From: Chlamydiales bacterium
GTDB taxonomy: Bacteria; Chlamydiota; Chlamydiia; Chlamydiales; SM23-39
DNA length: 32,000 bases
Reading direction: 5' to 3'
Assembly (NCBI GenBank): GCA_965261025.1
Contig: OZ253438.1
Span: forward strand, 1,320,001-1,352,000
The notes beneath the pieces were generated by a model. The model did not search any database and was not told the DNA's origin. It saw only the letters and a list, made by a program, of their open reading frames with translations. Both the position numbers and the translations under genes were made by a program. How positions within the stretch are numbered: the first letter of the stretch is position 1; every line of letters begins with the position of its first letter. Below, in pieces: positions 7,245 to 15,473 of this stretch.

Positions 7245-8460
7245 GATTTTGGCCATTGGGGAAGAGATTTTACAGGGAAACGTGGTGAACACCAACGCGA
7301 GTTATTTAAGTAAAGAGCTCTCTCAGGGAGGCTATAACGTAGTAAGGCATAGAGTAATACCCGACAAACAACAAGAGATCCTTGAAGCGCTAAGGCAAAT
7401 AGATAAAAAGATAGGCTGCACCATAGTAACAGGAGGTCTGGGAGCTACTCTAGATGATGTTACCAAAAAAAGTCTTTGTAAGTACTTTAAAACAAAGCAG
7501 GTTTTTGTCCCTTCTCTTCATAAGAGACTCTGTAAAAAATTCGGGGACCATTCCTTTTTAGAAGAACAAGCAAAAGTTCCTGAAAAAGCCACAATTTTAG
7601 AAAATAAACAGGGGTGCGCTCCTGGCTTTTTTTTTGAGCAAAGAAAAAGGTTTTTCTTTTTTCTTCCTGGAGTTCCTTACGAAATGAAAGAGATGTTCCT
7701 CTCCCAGGTACTTCCTTTTCTAAAGAAAAAAAGACCTATTTCAGAGAAAAAACGGCTTTTCTCCTACCACTTTTGTCTTTTAAAAGAGCAGGATATGGAT
7801 CCATTTCTCCGGAAAATGAAAGAAAAAGAACCTGAGTTAGAAATAGGCATTTACCCTGACCTAAAAAAAGCACATGTCACAGTGAAAGGGCCTGATAAGA
7901 AAGAGGTGAAGTCTTTACTAAAAACCTTTGAAAAGCAGTTCACAGAAAATCTTTTTTCTAAAAAAACTCCTTTCCTAGAAGAGGCTATTCAGGAGCTTTT
8001 CCTGGAGAAAAAAAAGAGACTTGCTTTAGCGGAGTCTTGCACGGGAGGATACATAGCTTCTTGCTTAACTAGGTTTTCGGGCTCCTCCAAATACTTTGTA
8101 GGCTCTTTTGTTACCTATTCCAACTTTTTAAAACAAAAGGTATTGGGAGTAAAAAAGCAGACTTTGAAACAAGAAGGGGCTGTGAGTAAAAAGACCGTAG
8201 AAGAGATGCTACAAGGAGTTTTTGCCCTTTCTGAAGCAGAATATGGGATAGCCGTTTCAGGGGTTGCAGGACCCTCAGGAGGCTCTCGAGAAAAACCAAT
8301 GGGAACCGTGTACGTAGCCTTAGGAAAAAAGGAAGAAGTTTTTTCGGAAAAAATTTTTATTCCCAAAGGAAGACAAGAAATTATCCATGCAACGAAAAAT
8401 TGGGTTCTTTCCTTTCTTTGGCAATACGTAAAATATGGGAAAATACCACAGTTTATATGA
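7234..8460 (+). CDS. cinA: CinA-family protein (MoCF-binding domain + nicotinamide-nucleotide amidase PncC domain)
   Basis: The N-terminus IEILAIGEEILQGNVVNTNASYLS and VTGGLGATLDDVT indicate the MoCF_biosynth domain. The C-terminal LALAESCTGGYIAS...GVAGPSGGS...PMGTVYVAL is the CinA/PncC signature. Confidence 0.85.
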   Translation: MYIEILAIGEEILQGNVVNTNASYLSKELSQGGYNVVRHRVIPDKQQEILEALRQIDKKIGCTIVTGGLGATLDDVTKKSLCKYFKTKQVFVPSLHKRLCKKFGDHSFLEEQAKVPEKATILENKQGCAPGFFFEQRKRFFFFLPGVPYEMKEMFLSQVLPFLKKKRPISEKKRLFSYHFCLLKEQDMDPFLRKMKEKEPELEIGIYPDLKKAHVTVKGPDKKEVKSLLKTFEKQFTENLFSKKTPFLEEAIQELFLEKKKRLALAESCTGGYIASCLTRFSGSSKYFVGSFVTYSNFLKQKVLGVKKQTLKQEGAVSKKTVEEMLQGVFALSEAEYGIAVSGVAGPSGGSREKPMGTVYVALGKKEEVFSEKIFIPKGRQEIIHATKNWVLSFLWQYVKYGKIPQFI

Positions 8461-9272
8461 AGTACACCTACGTAGATAGTGGAGAAGGAACAAGATTAGA
8501 GAAATGGGGAAACTATTTTCTTAGTAGACCTTGCACTCAAGCCATTTGGCCTAAGAATAAAGCCTGCAAGGAATGGGAAGAGTTATCTGGGACCTTTTCT
8601 AGAGAGGAAGGAGAAGGTTGGCGTTTTTTTAAAAAAGTTCCTAAAAAATGGGAAATAGAACTACAAAGGATAAAACTGTGGGCTTTTCCTACGGATTTTG
8701 GACATATGGGAATTTTTCCCGAGCATAGCTTTTTTTTTGAAAAAATTCCTTCCTTTTCTTTACAGGGAAAAAGAGTTCTACACCTTTTTGCCTATACAGG
8801 TGCTATAACTATGGCTCTAGCTAAACAAGGCGCTGAAGTGTGCCACGTAGATGCTTCTAAACCTTCCATAGAATGGGCTAAACAAAATGCTCTACTTAAC
8901 CAACTAGAAAAAAAGCAAATACGATGGATTTTAGAAGACGTGGGGAAGTTTGTAAGAAGGGAGCAAAAAAGAGGTTCGAAATACGAGGCAATTGTTTTAG
9001 ATCCTCCTTCTTTTGGAAGAGGAGTAAAAAAAGAGGTGTTTAAAATAGAAAGAGATCTAATGCCCCTTTTACAAGACTTACAAAAACTGTTAGTACCTAA
9101 ACCTGTGTTTGTTTTACTTACATGTCACTCTTCTAACTTTACCCCTTTAGTGTTAAAACAAGCCCTTAGAACTGCTTTTTCTTTTCCTACTCTCCAAGCA
9201 GAAGAAATTGTGTTATCCTCCTCCTTTAGCCTATTGCCTTTAGGAAGTTATGCCTTAGGGAGTTTTTTATGA
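8457..9272 (+). CDS. class I SAM-dependent methyltransferase (RlmI/YwbD-like, PF10672-type core without PUA)
   Basis: VLHLFAYTGAITMALAKQGAEVCHVDAS is SAM motif I with the acidic loop, and IVLDPPSFGRG is the catalytic DPP motif. Its ATGA start overlaps the cinA stop. Confidence 0.75.
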   Translation: MKYTYVDSGEGTRLEKWGNYFLSRPCTQAIWPKNKACKEWEELSGTFSREEGEGWRFFKKVPKKWEIELQRIKLWAFPTDFGHMGIFPEHSFFFEKIPSFSLQGKRVLHLFAYTGAITMALAKQGAEVCHVDASKPSIEWAKQNALLNQLEKKQIRWILEDVGKFVRREQKRGSKYEAIVLDPPSFGRGVKKEVFKIERDLMPLLQDLQKLLVPKPVFVLLTCHSSNFTPLVLKQALRTAFSFPTLQAEEIVLSSSFSLLPLGSYALGSFL

Positions 9273-10072
9273 AAAAGATAGAAAGTATTCAAAACCCTTG
9301 GATAAAAGCAGCTGTAAAGTTAAGAGACCGAAGAGAAAGAGAGAGAAAAAAATCTTTTCTTATAGAAGGATATAGAGAAATTACCAGAGCTTTGAAAAAG
9401 AAAGTGCCCTTGCAAGCTCTTTTTTTCTGCCCAGAGTTTTTTTTAAAAGAAGGAGAAAAAAAAATAGTAGAGCAAATGCAAGGAGAAATTGCTTGTTTCC
9501 AGTGTGCAAAAAAGGCTTTTGAAAAACTCTCCTATAGAGATAGACCAGACGGGCTTTTAGCCATAGCCTCTTTTTTCCTTCCCTCTTTAGATTCTATAAA
9601 ACTTTCTAAAGAACCCCTAGTAGTTGTTGCAGAAAGCGTAGAAAAACCCGGGAATTTAGGTACAATTCTTCGAAGTGCAGATGCAGCAGGAGTCGATCTC
9701 CTCATCGTCTGTGATCCCCGTACCGACGTGTACAATCCAAACGTAGTAAGGGCTAGTACGGGAACTCTTTTTACCACTCCCCTAGTGCAGGCATCCCTTA
9801 CAGAAACGCTAGCTTTTTTGGCAGAAAATAAGCTAAAAGTGTGTGCTGCAACTCCTAAGGCAGAGCATATATTTACTAGCCAGAATCTACAAGGCCCTAT
9901 AGCTATTGTAGTAGGTAGCGAGCAATATGGGCTTTGTGAAAAGTGGTTTGAAAGAGCCGATCTTTTAGTGAAAATTCCCATGTTTGGAGAAGCGGATTCT
10001 TTAAATGTAGCTCAAGCTACTACACTTTTTTTATATGAAGTGAGAAGGCAAAAGGATGGAAATTCTCTTTGA
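9269..10072 (+). CDS. TrmH/SpoU-family RNA 2'-O-methyltransferase
   Basis: The SPOUT motifs are VEKPGNLGTILRSADAAG, IVVGSEQYGL and IPMFGEADSLNVAQATTLFLYE. Its start is an ATGA overlap. Confidence 0.85.
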   Translation: MKKIESIQNPWIKAAVKLRDRRERERKKSFLIEGYREITRALKKKVPLQALFFCPEFFLKEGEKKIVEQMQGEIACFQCAKKAFEKLSYRDRPDGLLAIASFFLPSLDSIKLSKEPLVVVAESVEKPGNLGTILRSADAAGVDLLIVCDPRTDVYNPNVVRASTGTLFTTPLVQASLTETLAFLAENKLKVCAATPKAEHIFTSQNLQGPIAIVVGSEQYGLCEKWFERADLLVKIPMFGEADSLNVAQATTLFLYEVRRQKDGNSL

Positions 10073-10697
10073 AGATAATCACCTTTTAGCTCTTGTAAAA
10101 CCACCTCATTTAGTTACTCAAAAAACCCTCTTTTCTCAAGATAGCTTAGAAGAGAGAGGAAAGAGAAAGATCCAAGAGAAAAAAAAGAAATCAGGCAATA
10201 TTTTTTTACACCCTATCCATAGATTAGATAAGGAAGTAAGCGGTATTGTGCTATTTGCGTTAACCCGTAAAGCTTTATCGAGACTTCAGGCCCAGCAAAG
10301 AGAAAGAAAGATAGAAAAAAGATATCTAGCTTGGGTAGAAGGGACTTTTCCCCAGGAAAAGGGCAAGTTAAAGCACTATCTTATAAAAAAGGAGCATAAG
10401 GCTTTTGTGGATAAGCGCGGAAAAGAGTCCGTTTTGGCCTATAGTCTTTTAAAAAAAGAAAAAGAAAAAACTCTTTTAGAGATAGAGCTTAAAACGGGAA
10501 GGTATCATCAAATTAGAGTCCAGCTATCCCACATAGGACATCCCATCGTAGGAGATAGAAAATACGGAAGTAAAACAGAAGCCTCCCAAATTGTACTACA
10601 CCATTATCAGATGATCTTTTTCCATCCCACTACCCAACAAAAAGTCATTCTCTTAGATAAAAAAGGCAAAACAGCCATGGAAGGATTTTTTGGATAA
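10056..10697 (+). CDS. RluA-family pseudouridine synthase (no S4 domain)
   Basis: HRLDKEVSGIVLFA carries the catalytic Asp motif, and GRYHQIRVQLSHIGHPIVGDRKYG is the conserved RluA motif III. Confidence 0.85.
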   Translation: MEILFEDNHLLALVKPPHLVTQKTLFSQDSLEERGKRKIQEKKKKSGNIFLHPIHRLDKEVSGIVLFALTRKALSRLQAQQRERKIEKRYLAWVEGTFPQEKGKLKHYLIKKEHKAFVDKRGKESVLAYSLLKKEKEKTLLEIELKTGRYHQIRVQLSHIGHPIVGDRKYGSKTEASQIVLHHYQMIFFHPTTQQKVILLDKKGKTAMEGFFG

Positions 10698-10811
10698 GGT
10701 CTTTCTAGGCTTTACAGTAGGTCTTTAGTTCTTTTCATATTTTTTATTGCAAAAAAAAAAATCTCAGAAATAAAGTGAACCCCTTTTAATTTGTTAAACA
10801 GGAGGAAGAGT

Positions 10812-11105
10812 ATGAAGTTAGGAATTTTAGCGTTGCTTTTGGCTTTTTCAACATGTGTCTTTGCAGAAGAGAGAATCTATCTATCTTTGGATAATTTGTC
10901 TTTTACAGAAGAAGGGATTTTTTTCAAAAAAGGTAAATGTACTCTTCAGCTGCCTTCCATTGCATATGACGAGTTTGGCTACTATCTTGCTTTAGGTCGA
11001 GAAACGGGGGTAACAATTTTAAGATGCGAGGCATGTGGATTTTATACATGGTGGGTAGAGGGGGATTGCTGTTTAGAGGAAGAATGTCCCTATTATTGTT
11101 ATTGA
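10812..11105 (+). CDS. small exported cysteine-rich protein (97 aa)
   Basis: An AGGAGG SD lies 5-6 nt before ATG 10812. The signal peptide is MKLGILALLLAFSTCVFA. The C-terminal cluster is CEACGFYTWWVEGDCCLEEECPYYCY. I recognise no family. Confidence 0.55.
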   Translation: MKLGILALLLAFSTCVFAEERIYLSLDNLSFTEEGIFFKKGKCTLQLPSIAYDEFGYYLALGRETGVTILRCEACGFYTWWVEGDCCLEEECPYYCY

Positions 11106-11719
11106 CGACTTACTTCAATTACCAGGAGCTTATTAAGGAATTCCGGATAGCTTCCCGCGGTGAGATCTGGGTGCATATAAATCACTCTTTTCTCACCGAT
11201 TGTCATTCCTATGATTCCCATAGAAAATCCAGGGATTGTATCTTCCAGGCTCACTTGAATGGGGGTATCATGTGTTGAAAGTATTTCATGTAAGGTTCCC
11301 TTTTCGAGAATAGAAACTCGATAGGTAAAATCAGCTACGCCATTTGATGTAAGAGGAGAAGTTCCCCCTCCCAGATGAAGAACCTTATAGTATAGCTTAT
11401 TAGGAACTACTTCAATAGAGTCATTAGAAACCTCCTTAAGCATAGCCTCTGCATCAGTTAAGTTTTTTGCCGCCTGTGCCTGTTCGGATTGGTCTAGAAG
11501 GTTCGCTAATGTTTCTTCTTTTACAGGCAAATCTTTTTTTAGTGAAGCAGCCCTGATTCCTTTGATTACCTCTTCCACATCGTAGGGAAATTCAGCCTGT
11601 TTCGTTGTTATGTTTTCCCAAAACGTGTAACCTCTATGAAATGAAATAAGATCTTTTGACTCATTCCTTTGCGAGCAGGAGCAAATAGAAAAAAAAAGAA
11701 GAAAAGTCCATTTTTTCAT
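11099..11719 (-). CDS. Mip-like FKBP-type peptidyl-prolyl cis-trans isomerase lipoprotein
   Basis: The signal/lipobox is MKKWTFLLFFSICSC. An FKBP_N-like helical part (AQAAKNLTDAEAMLKEV...NKLYYKVL) is followed by an FKBP core IPGFSMGIIGMTIGEKRVIYMHPDL, resembling chlamydial Mip. ATG 11719 forms an ATGA overlap with the upstream stop. Confidence 0.75.
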   Translation of the reverse strand: MKKWTFLLFFSICSCSQRNESKDLISFHRGYTFWENITTKQAEFPYDVEEVIKGIRAASLKKDLPVKEETLANLLDQSEQAQAAKNLTDAEAMLKEVSNDSIEVVPNKLYYKVLHLGGGTSPLTSNGVADFTYRVSILEKGTLHEILSTHDTPIQVSLEDTIPGFSMGIIGMTIGEKRVIYMHPDLTAGSYPEFLNKLLVIEVSRQ

Positions 11720-12639
11720 TCTGGCATAATCCACTGTTGAAGAGTTTTTTCTAAAAAAGATCCCGTTTGGTAGATTTCTTTTATACGCAAACGGGTTTTT
11801 TTGTAAGAGTCTTTCAAGAGTCTTTCTTCTTCCTCATCCCAAAAGACAAAACTTGGAGAGGCAATTTGTTTTAGAAAAAACTCATTTTCTAATCGAAAGA
11901 ATTTTCTATGAATAACCAGTTGATTGAGAGTCTCTATGTTGTCCTTCATAGAACTTGAACCGGGCGCGCTAAACCGTCGTCTTTTAAGTAGAGGTAAAAG
12001 TAAAGCTTTTGTTGCGGGTAGTAATTTAGGAGCTATCTTTTCAAAAGAAAAGGGAGGAGCCATTTTATTGATCAAGGCTTGTATGAGATTTGTTTTACGT
12101 TCGAAATTCTGTGAATTATTTTCTCCATAGCCATAAAAAACTCCTAGGAGAGACGAGGATTTAAACGGGTTTTTGTTGCTTTCGTCCTGACAGATTTTAG
12201 TTAAAATCTCTTCAGGATTAGGGGATTCAAAAGACGAGAACTCGGACAGATTTTTAGAAATTATTTCAAGAGCCTTTTTCTTGTTTATCAAATAAAGAGT
12301 GGAGGTCTTATCGCTATTTTTTCTTTTCAGAAAGAAATAGTTTTCGGGAAAGAGTTTTTTATTGCGCAGCCAAGCCTGCCATCCCTTTTCAAGAATGAGG
12401 GATTTTGTTGTATTAAACCCTGCGGCCATTTTTAAAGAGAGGTAAGTAACAGATGAAATAGGCTTTTCACCAAAAAGGGTATATCCTATTAGTTCCCTTG
12501 TGATAAGAAACTGGAAAAACCTTTCCAGGTCTCTTTGATCAGACTTGGGAATTTGTTGCACTAAATTCGCAACGCTTGTCTGTGAATCCGCATAAGAAGA
12601 TACAAAAATAAGCAATAGAAAGACTAGCTTACGCCACAT
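11716..12639 (-). CDS. exported hypothetical protein
   Basis: From ATG 12639 the N-terminus MWRKLVFLLLIFVSSYADSQ is a clean Sec signal. An alternative ATG lies at 12666 and a TTG at 12693. It sits 53-80 nt downstream of the PKS stop and is coupled to the Mip-like gene. Confidence 0.55.
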   Translation of the reverse strand: MWRKLVFLLLIFVSSYADSQTSVANLVQQIPKSDQRDLERFFQFLITRELIGYTLFGEKPISSVTYLSLKMAAGFNTTKSLILEKGWQAWLRNKKLFPENYFFLKRKNSDKTSTLYLINKKKALEIISKNLSEFSSFESPNPEEILTKICQDESNKNPFKSSSLLGVFYGYGENNSQNFERKTNLIQALINKMAPPFSFEKIAPKLLPATKALLLPLLKRRRFSAPGSSSMKDNIETLNQLVIHRKFFRLENEFFLKQIASPSFVFWDEEEERLLKDSYKKTRLRIKEIYQTGSFLEKTLQQWIMPE

Positions 12640-12719
12640 CTCCAAATCCTCTATTTCTGGAAACATGCTAACTAAAAATGGAATATGATCCAAGTAGGGA
12701 GTGTGAAGTATTAGGGAAG

Positions 12720-15410
12720 TTAAAGATGATCATTAATGATTTTCGCTAAATTCTTCACATGTGGCTTTTTTAAAATTTCTGTGTGAGTAGTGTTTATTGT
12801 TTTGAAAATCAGATTGCCACCTATTAGAGCTTTCCAAAATTTTTTTTCCTTATGATAGTCAGAGTCGTTTTTTGAGAAAATACAAATAGCATCAATTTTG
12901 ATCGGTTTTGGTTTATAGGTTCTTAATGCTTCCAAATGATAAATTATTAGTTGAATAACGCTTTCTTGTTGGCTTGTAGTAAGATTTTCATAACCAAGGA
13001 TTTTTAACAATTTTTTGAACAATACTTCAGCGCAAGAAGTGTTAGCTACATTTTTCCCAGTTAGTAGTTGGATCAAGTTTTTTAAGTTCGTATTTTGGTG
13101 GGAGATAGGTAGTATCTTTCCTTGCGGATTTTTTCCTTCAATCAAGATAACTTTTTTTATTTTAATGGAGGAAGAAAGTAAATCCGAAGCCATTTGATAG
13201 GCTACAAAAGCTCCAAAGGAATATCCTAAGAGAACTAGCTGTGTTATTCCCTTCTCTTTTATTAGATTAATGTACCTTGTAGCGAGCTCATTTATATTAG
13301 TTTGATTACCCTGGTTATCGTTAGAGTTGCTATATATGCCATAGATAGGCCCATCAAATTGAATATGTTTAGCTAATTCTTGATAACATATAATCTGCCC
13401 TTCAATGGGATGTATTTGTACCAGTGCCGTTTTACCAGTGCCTTCTTTTATAAGGACCATCCCGTTATTTGACTCTTTTTTGAACCTATCTTGCTCATAG
13501 ATGAACATAGCCAGATCTTTAATAGTTGGATATTCCACATACTTTTCTAGAGATATTTCCAGATGGAATTGGGTCTGAATGGCGCTTATGTAGTGGACAA
13601 TACTCAGAGAGTCCAAGCTTATATCATTAAGCTGATCTGTTTCTTCAATATTCTGGTTCCCGAAGAGGTCTCTTGCAATTGTTAGTAGTTTGTGTTTGAT
13701 ATCATCATATTTTGGCAGGTGTAAGTTTGTTCTGGGGAGATCTTGAGCAGAAGCATCAATCCACGCCTTTTTTCTTTCAAAAGGATATGTTGGGAGAGGA
13801 ATTCTATTTTTACTTTGATTTTTATGCAGGCTTGTCCAATCTACAGACTCTCCTTTTAGCCACCTTTCACAAAAGTACCGCAATTTTTTATCAGTAATGG
13901 ATTTTAAAGTGGTTTTTTTCGTGGCAAGTAATTTACTTTTTAGTTCTTTAGCGGATAAAACTTGATACATTTCACATAGTTCAAGGTTCTTTCTTCCAAT
14001 CTGTAAAGTAAATGCTAGGTCCCTAATAGAAACCTTTGGGTTATTTGCAATGAAATCTGATAGATTTTTCTTTATTTTCTTCATTGAAGCAGTTGTTTTA
14101 GCCGACAGTAAGATTAGTTGAGGTTTTTTTGAAGAAGGCTGAATTTTTGAACTTGGAGCGGAAAACTCTTCTAGGGAGAGATGTGAGTTAGTCCCTCCTA
14201 TTCCAAAAGAACTAATAATAGCTCTTCTTGGGTGGTTTTGTTTTTTCCATGCTTGTAGAGAAGTTTTTATGCTAAAGGGAGTTTTTTCAATTCGAAGTTT
14301 TGGATTAGGCTTTTCAAAATTAATTTGTGGAGGGATCTTTTTGTAATATAACATCAGAATAACTTTTATTAACCCTGCTATTCCGGAAGATTCTAAAAGA
14401 TGCCCAATATTAGCTTTTAGGGATCCTATGATAGCGGAGCCCTTACCAGAGAAAATCTTGTTTAGTGTATCTATTTCTATGGGATCTCCTAAATTAGTGC
14501 CGGTTCCGTGAGCTTCGATATAGTCAATTGTTTCTACCGGGAATCTTGCAAAGTCTAACGAAGCTTTAATAACTTCTGCTTGGCCCCGGGCTCCTGGAGC
14601 CATGTAGTTTACCTTATTCTTGCCATCATTATTGGTTGCAAATCCTTTAATTACTGCATAAACCGTATCTCTATCTTCAATAGCATCTTCTAATCTTTTT
14701 ATTAGTACGACACCTCCGCCATTACCAGGAACTGTACCATCAGCTCTGATATCAAAAGGTCTACAACGCCCTGTAGGTGAATAAAGCATTCCTTCTATAC
14801 AGCGATAGCCTCTGTTTTGTGGCAACATAATCGAAAAACCGCCAGCAATTGCCATATCAGTTTGGTAAGAAAGTAGATCGGTACATGCCAGACATACTGA
14901 AACTAGGGAGGATGAGCAAGCTGTATATACAGAAATACTGGGTCCTGTCAAGTTCAGCTTGTAAGAAACACGTGTAGTCAAGAAATCTGGTCTATTTCCT
15001 AAGTCCAGAATATACCCCAGCTTTTCTTTCTCATTTTTTATGTTTGGCAGTAAATTATTGATTAGATAGGAATTAGCTCCGGAAGTTCCATAAACGCCAA
15101 TTCTTCCAGAGTATAAATCAGGGTTATAACCGGCTAGTTCTAGACATTGCCAACAAGCTTCTAGAAAAAATCTATGTTGCGGATCTATTCTTGCTGCTTC
15201 ATATGAGGATATTTCAAAAAATTGGGCATCAAAATATTCTACGTCACCAAGCACTCCAAAGGAGGATATCCATCCCGCTTCAGAATTTTGAGAAACAGTT
15301 ATAGATTCTGTTCCATTTATGAGGTTCTGCCAAAAATCGTTCACATTTTTGGCTCCGGGAAATTTTCCCGAAAATCCCACAACTGCTAAAGAAGTATTAT
15401 TTTCAGGCAT
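12720..15410 (-). CDS. type I polyketide synthase module, KS - (AT-less linker) - ACP - thioesterase
   Basis: The KS catalytic triad motifs are YTACSSS (Cys), EAHGTGT and NIGHL, plus DPQHRFFLE. The post-AT-type linker motif LPTYPFERKKAW is present. The carrier motif is ISLDSLSIV, and the TE has GYSFGAF (GxSxG) and a C-terminal THTEIL His. I start it at ATG 15410 (MPENNTSLAVVGFSGKFPGA). Confidence 0.9.
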   Translation of the reverse strand: MPENNTSLAVVGFSGKFPGAKNVNDFWQNLINGTESITVSQNSEAGWISSFGVLGDVEYFDAQFFEISSYEAARIDPQHRFFLEACWQCLELAGYNPDLYSGRIGVYGTSGANSYLINNLLPNIKNEKEKLGYILDLGNRPDFLTTRVSYKLNLTGPSISVYTACSSSLVSVCLACTDLLSYQTDMAIAGGFSIMLPQNRGYRCIEGMLYSPTGRCRPFDIRADGTVPGNGGGVVLIKRLEDAIEDRDTVYAVIKGFATNNDGKNKVNYMAPGARGQAEVIKASLDFARFPVETIDYIEAHGTGTNLGDPIEIDTLNKIFSGKGSAIIGSLKANIGHLLESSGIAGLIKVILMLYYKKIPPQINFEKPNPKLRIEKTPFSIKTSLQAWKKQNHPRRAIISSFGIGGTNSHLSLEEFSAPSSKIQPSSKKPQLILLSAKTTASMKKIKKNLSDFIANNPKVSIRDLAFTLQIGRKNLELCEMYQVLSAKELKSKLLATKKTTLKSITDKKLRYFCERWLKGESVDWTSLHKNQSKNRIPLPTYPFERKKAWIDASAQDLPRTNLHLPKYDDIKHKLLTIARDLFGNQNIEETDQLNDISLDSLSIVHYISAIQTQFHLEISLEKYVEYPTIKDLAMFIYEQDRFKKESNNGMVLIKEGTGKTALVQIHPIEGQIICYQELAKHIQFDGPIYGIYSNSNDNQGNQTNINELATRYINLIKEKGITQLVLLGYSFGAFVAYQMASDLLSSSIKIKKVILIEGKNPQGKILPISHQNTNLKNLIQLLTGKNVANTSCAEVLFKKLLKILGYENLTTSQQESVIQLIIYHLEALRTYKPKPIKIDAICIFSKNDSDYHKEKKFWKALIGGNLIFKTINTTHTEILKKPHVKNLAKIINDHL

Positions 15411-15473
15411 GGCCAATTCAATAAAAGACTTTTTAATAAAAAAATAGCAAAAACCTTTGCAAAACAAACTGTT

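Noticed and set aside
9532-9981. 149-aa antisense ORF opposite the TrmH/SpoU gene
   Set aside because: The sense frame carries all the SPOUT motifs. The antisense product is Ser/Ala/Arg-rich with no motif, which is typical of a shadow ORF.
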